A DNA stretch of 64,000 nucleotides. Source: the human T2T-CHM13v2.0 reference genome, Homo sapiens. The translations under genes were made by a program, and so were the position numbers. Under the pieces are notes generated by a model that ran no database searches, was not told the DNA's origin, and saw nothing but the letters and a program-made list of their open reading frames with translations. Location: NCBI RefSeq assembly GCF_009914755.1, contig NC_060931.1, one strand, 5' to 3'. Within the stretch, counting starts at the first letter, position 1, and each line of letters opens with the position of its first letter. Below are positions 13,393-27,231 of the stretch, in pieces.

Positions 13393-15319
13393 CCTATAGC
13401 GTTAAGCAAGCATTTAGAGGATTTCACTTGGGATAATTCATTCTCACAGTCAGAATCAGTTATGTGTGCAACAATGGCCTGTCTATTCTGACATTATTGG
13501 AAATGAAGAAATGATTTTTTTTTCTTTCAGCAGACGATAAGCCTTGTAAAATCTTTGTTTCAAACACCTTAAGAGTCCCTATGTATTTTCTAGCAACTTT
13601 TAGCTTAAAGTCTTGTACTGTTTGGTGACATGTTCAGCGTAAAAAGTATTTACATCCTACAGATTCAAATAAAAAATTGCTATAAATCATAGGCAAAAAT
13701 TAGTGGTTAGATCATCTGTTAGAATATCTGCCAATGACAAGGTTATTTCAATATCTAAATTGATTTTGTATGTTGAAAATAAAATGCTACAACCCTTTTC
13801 TCTGGAGGGCAAATTTAAAAATAAATTTAACCTATTTATAGGGCATTAATTTAAAAATCAGTTACTTGGTTTACAAATGAGATGTGGAAGAACTACAGAA
13901 TGTTAGAATTTAAGTTTTTTTAAAAGTATTGAGTCTACTATACATCTTATTTATGTTTTTTTTGGGATGAATATACATTTAAACAGGGACAAGTAATTTT
14001 TCTAAAATATAAATTGAAAAAATAAAAGTGAGAATCTCCAATGGGTAGACATAATTTGAGCACATTGGTATCACAAGTTTTAATACCTAGCCTTACAATT
14101 TCTAAAGAATGTATTATTAAAGAAATAAAGAAAATCATTATTTAAAAGATGGAGTAAACTTTGCTCCCCCAGGCTCACTTCCGATGTCCTTGATTTTTTT
14201 TATACTTCCTATTTTAGATAATTTCATCTTCTTATTTTCTGCTCACAATATCTTATGCTTCTAACTATGTTGCTAGCCATATTTCATCTATGTTAATAAA
14301 TATCTAAAGATATCCAGTGACCTTTAGATTACTTCATTTTCATTGATAAGATCCTAATTCCCAGCCCCAAGTTCTTCCTTCAGACAATGCTGGGTCTAAT
14401 TTTAAGAATTTGAGAGAGTAGAAGAATAAGAAAAAGACTTGGTGTTCGGGACAAGGGATACATGTTATAGTGACACAGTTGAGAGTATCAGAAAGTGTAT
14501 AGAACTAAATTGGCCCCACAATAGTGGATGGCCTTAATGCTTAACAGCAATGACCCCTACATAGGAGAATTTCAGGTGACAATTTTATTTTCAGATTAAT
14601 TGATTAGTTGGCTTGCCTTTATTGGATAATTTTACTATTCTGGACTTGTATTACCTATAAAATATTGGCGAATTCATTTTTAAAAAAGACAATAAGAGAT
14701 GACTGGGATTCCATATGATATTTGGAGTAGCAGAAAAATCCCCAATTAAACAATGACTACAAACTATTGGAAGCAAATCTAATGAAGTTCACTGTATCTA
14801 CCTGGAATACATGGATTTGGGAAGAAAAGCTTAATCAAGCCATATAGACCTAAAATAAACAAAAATAAAGGCATTTGCAACTTTTTCTTTCAATAAGTTT
14901 TTTTCTACTAATTTTTCATGTGTCCCCAGCTTCAGCTTATTACTTGCCGCTCTAGTCTTCCCCTTCTTTTTTCATTATTCAAACTTAGTCAATCACGTTT
15001 TTGTCTAATCAACTTACTATTTATTGATCTCCTAAAGAAGACATTCTTCATACATTAGAGCCATGTTCTACTGTTTTTATCCTAGATTGATAGTACCTCT
15101 CACTTATTTTCATGTTCTAGGCAATGGGTAGCTTTCTTCTGCAGCTAAAATATTCTACGACGCTATGATCAAAAGTGCCATGAACAAAAGTGAATGGACT
15201 TTTAATGATGAGAACGTGGGGTTCACTAAGTGTGTTGCATTCTATATGTAAAATGTAAGTTTTGGAGTCAAGATTGGAATACAGATTTTAACACATATTA
15301 CAATCTACTATTACAAACT

Positions 15320-15380
15320 AAAAGTAATCTGCCATTGCTTTTAGTGGCAAAACCACAATTGCTTTTGCACCATCCTAATA
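15320..15380. mobile_element. MADE1 (Hsmar1-derived MITE) remnant
   Basis: AAAAGTAAT..TGCCATTGCTTTTAGTGGCAAAACCACAATTGCTTTTGCACCATCCTAATA matches the MADE1 palindrome; left end truncated. Confidence 0.75.
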
Positions 15381-16099
15381 CTTTCCATATATGATCTTAA
15401 ATAGAAAGATATAACTAGAGACTTACTCATATTTAAAATGAAGATAAATAATGTTAATTATGAAGTTGTCTTATTTTATCTAAAGAGATAATATGTAAAA
15501 GTTTTTAGCACAGTGTTTGAAATATAGTAAATTTTCAAGAAACATATTCTCATTACTAGTTAGTATTTTATACTGTATGTGTATATTTTTGGAAAGAGTA
15601 TGCAATAAATGTTTAGCAGTTCCTTTCTCCAATTTTCTTTGATGGAATAATGTTTTTAAGTTTGAATCAATGAGGTGTAGGTGAACCTGATAAATCTGCA
15701 AATTCTAGAAGTTGTCCATGACCCAGTTCTGACTAGTGTATTCTAACTGGATGGCTGTAATTAATTTGTCCAGATGTGAACATGTGACCCAATCTAGATG
15801 TAAAATTAAATCTTAGCTATTCCCTAGATGAGAGAATTAAAATTCTGACCACATCATTTTATTTCCTGACTCTAAAACTAGCTATAATTCTAGACTTTTT
15901 AGTTATACACAATTGTGTTTGAGAGCTATCTCATATCAACTTATGAGATACAACTATGAAATTATTAGAAATATTTTGAGGTCATTTTTAGACACAGAAA
16001 TTATTAAAAATAAACATTTTAATTTATAATTAAATTATATTAAAAATAAGGAAAATACATTTAAATTTAAATATAAAAATAAATTTAAATTTAAATTCA

Positions 16100-16740
16100 T
16101 CACTTCCTAAGTATTTCGCTATATTTTGCTGTGATTTATGCTACCGAAAATATTTACATAGATGATGTTTGTATCATGGCAACACTAAATAATGGCAAGC
16201 TAAAGTGCATCTCTCCAACTTCCTATTAATGGTCTCAGGTTGTAGCTTGTAATTCAGTCATGAAGAGAGTATTTACAGCATGAAAATTAACACCGCATAT
16301 CAGGGTTTGATTTAATATTTTGTTGATTGTGTAGAATAAAAGTAATTAATAAAAGTAAAAATAAAGAATAAAAGTATGTTAATAATGCAAATTATTTTTT
16401 AAATTATGTCTGTAACCATTACATTGTGAACTGCCCCAACATACACGGACATATTATCCTTGTATTAAAAAATTCTGATTCTCAGAAGAGTGTATCATTG
16501 GTGAACAAGTAATGCTTTTAATGCTACTTTTATCTTACCACTAATGTATATAAAAATAGTAACCAATATTCATATTGAAACTCTATTTATTTGCTAATTG
16601 CAGTCAGTTATCTATGGATTTAAGAGTTTGGCAAAAATTAACAAAAACTCCCCCTGAAAAAGGAACTAATATTTTATTACTTGTGCGTTATATGCTATGC
16701 ATCTTCATATTAGTAAAACATAAAAAAAAGTTGCATATAA
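16100..16740. mobile_element. MER63-like hAT DNA transposon remnant
   Basis: GTAGCTTGTAATTCAGTCATGAAGAGAGTATTTACAGCATGAAAATT...ATCAGGG resembles the MER63 core. Boundaries approximate. Confidence 0.45.
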
Positions 16741-16761
16741 AACTTTTTTGAGAGATAATTC

Positions 16762-17067
16762 TTTTTTTTTTTTTTTTTTTTCTGAGACAGAGTCTCACTC
16801 TGTTGCCCAGGCTGGACTGCAGTGGCGCAGTCTAGGCTCACTGCTAGCTCCACCTCCCGGGTTCACGCCATTCTCCTGCCCCAGCCTTCTGAGAAGCTGG
16901 GACTGCAGGCGCCCGCCACCATGCCTGGCTAATTTTTTTGTGTGTTTTTAGTAGAGATGGGGTTTCACCATGTTAGCCAGGATGGTCTCGATCTCCTGAC
17001 CTCGTGATGCACCTGCCTCGGCCTCCCAAAATGCTGGGATTAGAGGCATGAGTCATCACACCCGGCC
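16762..17067 (-). mobile_element. AluY
   Basis: Poly-T followed by full antisense Alu with Y diagnostics (TTCACGCCATTCTC, GTTAGCCAGGATGG). Confidence 0.9.
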
Positions 17068-17254
17068 AGATTCTGAAATTTTAGAGAAGCTACAAGCCTA
17101 GCCAAAAAAAGGCTATTATTGCTCAACCTCTAAGGCAAATTCTGTGATGTGAATCTCAAGTTGTTACTTACTGAAGTATGACATTTATCAGAAAGACAAC
17201 TTTTCTCAATACCTTTCTAAAATATGATCAACCTTAAAAAAAAAACAAAACCAA

Positions 17255-19707
17255 GACCGATCTATCTGATGTCTTCAAGAGACCCATCTCACATGTAATG
17301 GCATCCATAAGCTCTAAGTAAAGGGTTGGAGAAAGATCTACCACACACATGGAAAATTTAAAGGTGAAGGAGTCACTATTCCTGCATCAGAAAAAACAGA
17401 CTTCAAACCAGTAACAGTAAAAAAACAGCAAAGAAAGGCATTACATAATGATAAAGGGTTCAATTCAACAAGAAGACTAAGCTATCTTAATTATATTTGC
17501 ACCCAATATTGGAGCACCCATATTCATAAAACACATACTTCTAGATCTACAAGGAGCCCCAGACAGCCCACACAGTAATTGTGGGGAACTTCAACAACTC
17601 ACCAACAGTATTAGACAAATCATCAAGGCAGAAAACTAACAAAGAAATTCTGGACTTAAGATTGATATTTGGTCAGCTGGACCTAATAGACATCTACAGA
17701 ATTTTCCATTCATCAACGACAAAATACACATTTTTCTCATATGTATATAGAACGTATTTCAAGATGGACCACATGCTCAGCCATAAAGCAAGTCTCAATA
17801 AATTAAAAAAAAAATAGAAGTCATACAAACCACATTCTCAGAACACAGAGGAAAAAATATAAATCAATGCCAAGAAGATATCTTAAAATCACAAAATTGC
17901 AAGGAAATTAAACAACTTACTCCTGAATAACTTTCAGGCAAACAACAAAATATAGGCAGAAGTGAAAAATATTCTTTGAAATAAGTGAAGAGAGACAAAA
18001 CATATTAAAATTTCTGGGATATGGTGAAAGCAGTGTGAAGAGGAAAGTTTATAGCTAAACACCTACCTCAAAAATTTAGGAAGATTGCAAACTAATGATC
18101 TAACATCACATCTAGAGGAACTAGAAAAAGAATAACAAGCTAACTCCAAAGCTGGCAGAAGAGAAGTAGTAACTAAAATCATTGTGGAGCTGAATGAAAT
18201 TGAGACCTCAAAACCCATACAAAGAATTAACAAAACCAAAAGTTTATTTTTTGAAAATATAAACAGGATTGTTAGACCACTAACAGAGGGAAGGTCTAAT
18301 TATGCACAAACAGAAATGAGAGGTGACATTACAACCAATCACACAGAAATACAAAAGATCCTCAGAGACTATCATAAGCACCTCTATGCACACAAACTAG
18401 AAAATCTAGAAGAAATAAATTCCTGAGAACATGCAATCTTCCAAGATTGAATGGGAAAGATATTGAAACACTGAACAGACCAACATTGAGTTCTGAAATT
18501 GAATCAGTGATTAAAAAAAAAACCTACTAATCAAAACAAGTCTGGACCAACTGGATTCACAGCCAAATTCTACAAGATGTATGTAGAAGAGTTGTTACAA
18601 ATTCTTCTGAAACTATTTCAAAAAATTAAGAAGAAAGGACTCCCCCACAAGTCATTTTACAAAGCCAGCGTCACCCTAATATCAATGCATGGCAAAGACA
18701 CAACAACAAAGAAAACTACAGGCCAATATCTCTGATTAATAGAGATGCAAAAATCTTCAACAATTTACTAGGAAACCAAATTGAATAGCACATCAGTTAA
18801 TTCACCAAGATCAAGTAGGCTTCATTCCTGGGATGCAAGGTTGGTTCAACATGTGGGATTTAATAAATGTGATTTACCACATAAACAGAATTTGAAACAA
18901 AAAAAATATGACCACCTCAAGAGATGCAGAAAAATATTTCAATAAAATCCAACATCTGTTCATGATAAAAATTCTCAAGACACTAGACATTAAAGGTACA
19001 TGCTCCCTAATAACAGCCATCTATGACAAACCCATGGCTGACATCATACTGAAGAGGCAAAAGCTGGAAGCCTTCCCTTAAGAGCTGGAACAAAATATGG
19101 ATGGCCACTCTCACCACTCCTATTCAACATAGTTCTGAAAGTGCTAGCCAGAGAAATCAACAAGAGAGAGAGAAAAAAAAGAGCATCCAAATAGAAAAAG
19201 AAATCAAACTATCTCTCTTCACCTGATATTATTCCACACCTAAAGACTCCTACAAAAGGCTCCTGGAACTGATAAATTATTACAGGAAAGCTTCAGGATA
19301 AAAAAACCAATGTACACAAATTAGTCACATTTGTGTACCCCAATAACGTTCAAGCTAAGACTGAAAACAAGAACATAATCTCATTTAAAATAGTTACAAA
19401 AATTAAAATACCTGGAAATACATCTAACCAAGGAGGCAAAAGATCTCTAAGAAGAAAACTGTAAAACGCTGGTAAAAGAACTCATAGATGACACCAATGC
19501 AAAATTATTCCATGCTCATGAATTGGAAGAATCAATATTGTTAAAATGACCATACTGTCCAAAGCAATCTACAGATTCAATGCTATCCCTATGAAACTAT
19601 GAATACCATTTTTCACAGAATTAGAAAAAAAAAACTATTCTAAAATTCATTTGGAGCCCCTAAAAGCCTGAGCAGTCAAAGCAGTTCTATGAAGAGAGAA
19701 CAAAAGA
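17255..19707 (+). mobile_element. Degenerate L1 ORF2 fragment (endonuclease-RT; L1PB/L1PA-old type)
   Basis: ORF pieces GNFNNSPTVLDKSSRQKTNKEILDL...DLIDIYR and [14 protein letters not shown]...[10 protein letters not shown]; CAAGTAGGCTTCATTCCTGGGATGCAAGGTTGGTTCAAC. Many stops and frameshifts; no 3'UTR or poly-A. Confidence 0.92.
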
Positions 19708-20629
19708 GAAATATCTAATATCCAAATTGTAGTTGTAGGTAAGCCATGGCATTTTGCCTATGCCCTTTCCTTTTCACTCCGAAGTAGGTTTTACAATTCC
19801 AAATGTCTCACGTACGTGCATACAAATCTGTGTATGTGTGTGCATGAGTGTGTGTAAACTAAGAAAGCCCTTTTAGTCCACATTACCTGGGAGCAATTAA
19901 TAGTCATATGATACATAAAAATAAGTATAAAAAAATAAAAATTACCTTTACAGAAGCTAAAAATCAACAGAGTAAAAATCAACACTCTTAATATTCATAG
20001 AAATGTGGAGACACACCATCTATTTCCATAAGATGTTCAAACAATGTTTGAGTTAAGCTTCTCGAATTCTCAACAGTTTACACAGATGTCAGTTCATAAG
20101 CAGTACACATAGAACACGGAGACAAGTATAATTCCTGAAGGGTTAATTTACAAGTGGATGGATTAGGGTTGGGGTACAGATACCACAAAGGATAGTGAAG
20201 TAACCTGTCACTTCCTAGCAGCCATTTCCTTACCACAAGCACATCTGAAGGAGAAGGTGCATTACTCAAAATCAGAAGTAAAACATCTTGTACAGTCTGT
20301 GCTTTGTTTGAATCAGTGGTTAAAGATGTAGCTACTTACAGGGAAGAAGCAAGATGAATTAGTATGCTGGTCTAACTCTTTATCCTTTGCAGCTCCTGTT
20401 AAGGGTTCACCATGAGCTGAGGCCATTTAGAAGTCAGAGGACCCAGAAGACATAATGTATGTTAAAAAAGGTAATGGGAAAAAGTGGCACATGAATTTAA
20501 AGGAGCAAATAAGGTATCTTTCACAGTTTAGAAACATTAGCTTTCATAGGGATCTTTTTCAAACACATACATGAGATAGTGTCTCTAAAATGCTTAGGAC
20601 AATGTCTGGCTTGCACGGAAGAGGTTCTA

Positions 20630-20952
<323 letters not shown>

Positions 20953-21070
20953 TTACTAGATTCATTCTTCTTTCTATATTTGCAAAATTTTCCAGCAAGA
21001 ATGAGTAAATAGAAGAATCAAGGCCCCTTTTCTCTCAGAAGAAAGCATTTACTGTGTTAAAGGAACACAA

Positions 21071-22114
21071 GCTGCATGTTGATGATACATCATTACATAA
21101 ATATTTGACAATATTTGCTCCTTTATGAAGTAATTGGCATCAAGATTTAAGCTATCAAATACATTTACTATGTGCCATTTTGTATAAAACATATTTATAT
21201 TGCTTTGAAATGAGCAGATATTTGCAATGATACTGTCCTTGAGTGGAGATGTTGTGTTCACATTAATTTGGTCTGATAATTATGGGTAGCAAAATCTAAT
21301 GGTTGTGGGACACAAACTCTGTTAACATTGCTAACTGAGGTATGCATTCAACTATTTTTGAATATACTTAATAGTTTTTGATGCTTCCTGGTGTACTTCT
21401 TGCTGTGGATTTCAAACCAGCATCAAATATCTTGTTTGTATATACATATATTGGGGAGATATAGCGAAGTAAATAGTTTCTACAAGAATCCATGTCATTG
21501 ATTTCACACCCTGATAGGCAGCAGTTGTTCCAGGATCTCTGCTAAAACTCCTCATATCTAATAGCACTGCAAATAAGAGAATGGACTTTACTCATGCCAA
21601 AGTCAAACAGAATCCTCTAAAAATTTAAGGGAATAATGGTTTTAATGCAAATATTTCTTTTTTGATTTCTAAAATATAGCTTTAGAAATTTACTTGAAAA
21701 AATATATATGGTCTACTCTTGAAACCTTGAAGAAAAATCTGTCCTGAATTTTTGTACATTTTTTTCTCTAGACATAAATGAAAAAGCATTTTAGAAGACT
21801 ACTTAACCAGAACTGTTAACGTCTAGCATCTTTCAGTTGTATGTGATTTGGGAAGAGAAGAGGAAAGAGGTAAGGTATTAGATACATTTTTGCCAATGAC
21901 AGTTAGTAGACAAAATTAAAATAACATGGACATAACATGTCTAGCCAAGGACAATTTCATTAAAAATATCTGTTCAGCTCAAACCAATATAAATCTATTT
22001 TATACAAAATGTTATACAGCAAATATATTCAATAGCTTTGATCTTGATGACAATTACTTCATAAAGGAAAAATATTTCAAACATTTATGCAATGATATAT
22101 TGTCAACATGCAAC
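21071..22114. repeat. Diverged inverted repeat, arms ~21071-21300 and ~21877-22114
   Basis: Left TCCTTTATGAAGTAATTGGCATCAAGAT versus right-arm reverse complement TCCTTTATGAAGTAATTGTCATCAAGAT. The supplied ORFs 21049-21261(-) and 21926-22186(+) are mutually similar. Confidence 0.9.
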
Positions 22115-24704
22115 ATGCCCATGCCAAATATGTACTTCATTGTTTTCATTATCAACAATAATTCTTTAAATCTCCTCTTGTTCTAGCTGCCACTTAATTT
22201 GTCAGCAGAATTTTCTAGAAAGGTGTTAGAGAACAAGAATGTTTTTTAAAATGCTGACAAAAGAGGAAAAGGACATTATTAGGAAAGAACAGAGAAACAG
22301 TGGTAATAACCAATTTTAACATTTTTTCAGAATACAAAAGTAAAAATTAAAAAATGATAGTAGATTCATGTTATGACATGTAAAAAAAAGTATGCTTAAG
22401 AAGAAGTGTTTCTATTTTTTATTTTGTCTATCTACTAGCAAACTCCTCTGTCTGCTATAAAATGCTGCTAGAAAAAGATGTTATAGAGAACTTACAGATA
22501 TTTGTATAATTTTATATCTCATTTTAAAAAGTATGCCAATGACCAATAGATGTATACTAATTAAGGTAATCTGCGTGGACCAAATTGAGCACCCCAGATT
22601 TCAAAAGGTATTCAAAATAATTTACCTATGTGTATCTTGATTCTGGTAGAGGCTGTCTGTAGACCTGGTGGTCAGTGAGTAATTACATCATAGTAAAAAT
22701 CATGTGGGTTCAATTAAATAAAATATTATTTCCTTAAGAATATAACAGTATGCCTCAAATATGTACAAAATGTATTTCTACTCTGATATGTAAAAACCCA
22801 CTTTTCTAATATATTGTGTACAAGAAGCATGACGGTTTGATGTTGCAAACCGTAGTTGGGTGGTCTGTTAGATTTTACAATAAACATACTGCTCTATAGG
22901 ATCATAGAGGAATGTGTGGGAATCAGGTAAGAGTGATGAAGTGAATATATTGGCAACCTGGAGGTTTGAAAAAGACATCTGAGCAACTCTTGTAATTCTT
23001 TATATTTCCACACTATATAGCAAAGGCAGAACTAAACACAGAAAAAAAAAATGGTAATAAGGCAAAAAGAAGGAGAAAACATGATATCCTTTCATTGTCT
23101 AGCATGATTTTTGCATGATACATGAAATAAAAATACAAAAAAACTTTCATAAGCAATATAATCTAACTTGCTTATAAGCAAAAAAAGCTGTCTTGATCAT
23201 TAATATCATGTTTAATCTAAAATAATTTTCATTTAGGGAATTTTATAGATTCTTTGAAGTATCAAAATATATCTGTACATAATTATAGCACCAATTATAT
23301 GAGTTGCAGAGGTAAATTCTGCTTGAGCAAACATAAGAAAAGAGCATATGTTTTCTTTTTTTTTTGCTTCAGACATTTTTTCTTTTTAGAATAAAACTCT
23401 CTTCAACCAGAAAAATATATTTCAATATGGTTTTTAATTTAAAAATAAGTCATGTGGTTTTTCATGATTAGTCCCTAATTTGAAAGCTTAGTCATTTGGG
23501 AAAAAATAAATATTGTTCAATCAACACAGTATTTTCTTCTTTAAACCTTTTATTCACATGGCTTTTAGTTTACCAGTACCAATCCTGAAATACCTAAGAC
23601 TGAGGGTTTAAAAATTTCACATCTTTAATATTTTTTTAAATTAATATCCCTTTTAAGACCTAGAACTCATTGCCTAGTGAATTCCTTAATGTAGTCTCCA
23701 ATGCATAATACATAGCTAAGCTTCCTTTGGACAGGTAATACCTCCTTTTTGATTGATTAAAAGGAAGTAATAAAGTATTAAGTAAAACACTAATTGAAAT
23801 ATAAATATTTTAGATTAGATAACCATCATAAAAATTATTCATACATGAAATTGAAACCATTTCACTGCACGTATTTTACTGATTACAGAATTTGTAATGC
23901 ATGTTCTACCCTGTGAAGAATAAAAATACTATCTTTCCAGAGTATCAAATATGTCATTGAAAATTTTATAGAACATGCTGCCTGGGAAGAAGTAGGATCA
24001 CTTGACATTGTTAAACATTAGCAAAGACAGAAATAACAGCTTGTGCCAATGCAAATTGCCTGGAAGTTTGTTGATACAGATGAACATGGACAGATGGTTT
24101 TCTGTAAGCAGTATCATCATTGGTTTTCTACTTAACAGAAATGAAGGACCTCATATTTATGATAACATATTAGAAATCATGAGAATGAAGTTGCTCATTT
24201 TTCTTCTAATACTTTTCTCTATCAAGTAGAGACACTACTAGGAGAGTGCCTAGTGAGTACTTACACACAGTGTAAAGTTATCCATTCTGTTTAGGTGATC
24301 TTGCCTATAATCATGGTCCAATATAGTATTCCACTCTTGCAGTAAAGAGTGGTTATCCATCCATTTTAAAAGTTCTAAGTCTATATCCTTATTGGAGGAT
24401 GCAGACAGAAGAGGGAATTGTTTGAAGTTTATGAGTGTAGAGTAGGGAAAAGTAACACATGCTTGCATCTTACTTAAGGGTTTTCTGAGTGGTCATAAAA
24501 TCAAACCACCTGTTTAGGGACGTACTTAGTGGTAACAGAAACCAATAAGACAGAACACATCTTCAACGTCCCCAGAAGGAGAAGATGCATAAAGAGCTAT
24601 CACAAAAGGTTAAAACTAAAGGAGAGAAGAGGGATCAGTGAAACAGGAAGATATATGTACAGTGATAGTTCTGAGAAAGGTTCTTTTACCCTAAAATGGC
24701 TTTT

Positions 24705-24975
24705 GTTTTTATTTTTTTGAGACAGAGTCTGGTTCTGTCACCCAGGCTGGATTGCAAGCTCCGCCTCCCGGGTTCATGCCATTCTCCTGACTCAGCCTCC
24801 CGGGTAGCTGGGACAACAGGCACCCACCACTATGCCAGGCTAATTTTTTGTATTTTTAGTAGAGACGGAGTTTCACCGTGTTAGCCAGGATGGTCTTGAT
24901 CTCCTGACCTCGTGATCCGCCTGCTTCGGCCTCCCAAGGTGCTGGGATTACAGGCGTGAGCCACCGTGCCCGGCC
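24705..24975 (-). mobile_element. AluY with ~25-bp internal deletion
   Basis: TSD CCTAAAATGGCTTTT at 24690-24704 and 24976-24990. GGCTGGATTGCAAGCTCC lacks the GTGGCGCGATCTCGGCTCAC segment. Confidence 0.9.
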
Positions 24976-25056
24976 CCTAAAATGGCTTTTAAGTGTTTTC
25001 TTGAATGAAAACACCAGATATATTCAACAGCAATACTAACACAAAAAGACTTGGCA

Positions 25057-25353
25057 GCTGGGCGCAGTGGCACAAGCCTGTAATCCCAGCACTTTGGGAG
25101 GCTGAGGCAGATGGATTCATTGAGGTCAGGAGTTCAAGACTAGCCTGACCAACATAGTGAAACACCATCTCTACTAAAAATACAAAATTAGCTGGGCATG
25201 ATGGCGGTTGCCTGTAATCCCAGCTACTCAGGAAACTGAGGCGGGATAATTGCTTGAACCTGGGAGGCGGAGGTTACGGTTAGCCGAGATAACACCACTG
25301 CACTCAAGTCTGGGTGACAGAGCAAGAGTCCGTCTCAAAAGAACAAAACAAAA
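25057..25353 (+). mobile_element. AluS
   Basis: Full Alu; TSD CAAAAAGACTTGGCA on both sides. Confidence 0.9.
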
Positions 25354-26701
25354 CAAAAAGACTTGGCAAACAAACCACTGTCGTTCTTTGGATAACAATG
25401 TTTTAACCATTTCCAATATAAGGTCCAAGTGTCCAGACCCCCACGTCTGTAAGAGATCATTGCTAGTCACAAACGTTCAGGAAAACAATCCTAGCTTGTA
25501 CTTCCTAATAACTAATTAGAAGTGTCTCTTCTGCAATTTGATTGAATCATCTCCAAGGAAAACACTGTTGTAAAAAATATATGTATATAAGTATATATAA
25601 TTATGTATATATGGGTACAATTTTAAATACATTTCATTACATTGATGTGCTCTCAAAAATAATAAACATGCAAACTAAACTCCTAACTGTTGCTTAGACA
25701 ATACTATAGATACATGTAGTCAATAACCTTTCTCCTGAACTGTAATCTCAATGAAATAAACTGATCTTTAACCCAAAGAAATGTGAACATCATCAGTATG
25801 GGATTATGTTTCCTTTATAATGGCTTTAATCAAGTGTCACTATACTGCTGAGTTTTAACTACAATTGCATTAAATTGCAATTTACTTAAGAATATTCAAG
25901 AGTCCTTAAATTTTCTAAATATAAATACAACCTAACTTAAAACTGATTTTCAACAGAAAATGTTTTTACCTTGTATTAAAATTATTAGACACACTATGAT
26001 TACCCAACTGAAACCTGGTTCCAGTTAGATATTTTTCTGAATCCAGATGCTAGTAACATATAATATCTCTGTACATAACATCTTTACAAGATATTTAAAA
26101 TATGACATATTTACAATCACTTAAATATTGTTTTTGCTACCAATTGACTAGTGAAAATTCATACAATATCCTCATTTTTCAAGTAATAAGCTATTTTATA
26201 GTAGTTAGCATTGAGATTGCTCCACAATCCATTTTCCTCAAACTATATTTTCTTCCTCTGAAATCCAAATTAATCATAGATGGTAATATCTTTTGTGGAA
26301 GTAGAACTAAGGAGGAGATTTAATGGGCAATTAGTGGACAATTATGTTAGCTCTTTTTAAAAAATTAGAAGACTTAATTTTTAAAACAAATTCAAAATCT
26401 TTTTTAAATTTGAATATCTTATCAACTGCTTGGATATGAAAACTTATATTTTTTTATGTTTCTACACTCTAGTTTCGAGTTACCTTTGTACCATAATCTA
26501 TTATGGACAAAAAATAAAAATACCTATAGAGCACAAAATTTGAGAAAGAATGAAACATAATCCTTACCCCTTCACCCTTTCTATAAAAATTATAATAACA
26601 AGAATGATTATAAAAATACATATGTAGCATAAAAACTATTTTCAAATCCTGATTCTATTGCTGATAATAAGGATATGGTATCTCTTTAAAAAGAAGATAA
26701 C

Positions 26702-27231
26702 TGTGGCATTTTAAAAATATAGCCACGAATACTTTGAATGTCCTCACATCAAAGGGTAGACATCATGTTTCTTCCTCTGTTAGGCTGTGATTGCGTAAAC
26801 CGACTCAGCATTAAAGTAATTCTATGTGACTTCTGAGGCAAGATTATTAAAGGCAATACATTGACCCATTAACTGAAACACTCAGGCAAGCTACCTGTAT
26901 GATTCCATGCTGTGAGGAAGCTCAAGTTACATGAAGAAGCAATATTCAGACACTCTGGTTAAGAGATTATTTTGAGCCCAGCCTTTAAGTCATACCAATG
27001 CAGGAGCCAAACATGTAAATGAAGAGGCTTTCAGAAGATTTCATTGTCCAACGTTTAATTCATTCCTAGACATCTAGGACTTCTCAGAGGCCCCAAATAC
27101 TGTAGACCACAGAAATATCACCCCACTTTGCATTTTCAACCCCGACCCCAGAATATATGATGACAAAATGATTATTGCATCACGCCACTGAATTTGAGTA
27201 GTTTGTTTTGCAGAAATAACTAGCAGAAGCA
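26702..27231 (+). mobile_element. MLT1F/G/H-like MaLR LTR
   Basis: TGTGGCATTTTAAAAATATAGCCAC...TGTGACTTCTGAGGC...CCATGCTGTGAGGAAGCTCAAG...GCCACTGAATTTGAGTAGTTTGTT. Confidence 0.65.

Noticed and set aside
21049-22186. Two similar small 'paralogous proteins' on opposite strands
   Set aside because: Their similarity reflects the DNA inverted repeat and the frames diverge by an indel; no coding evidence.
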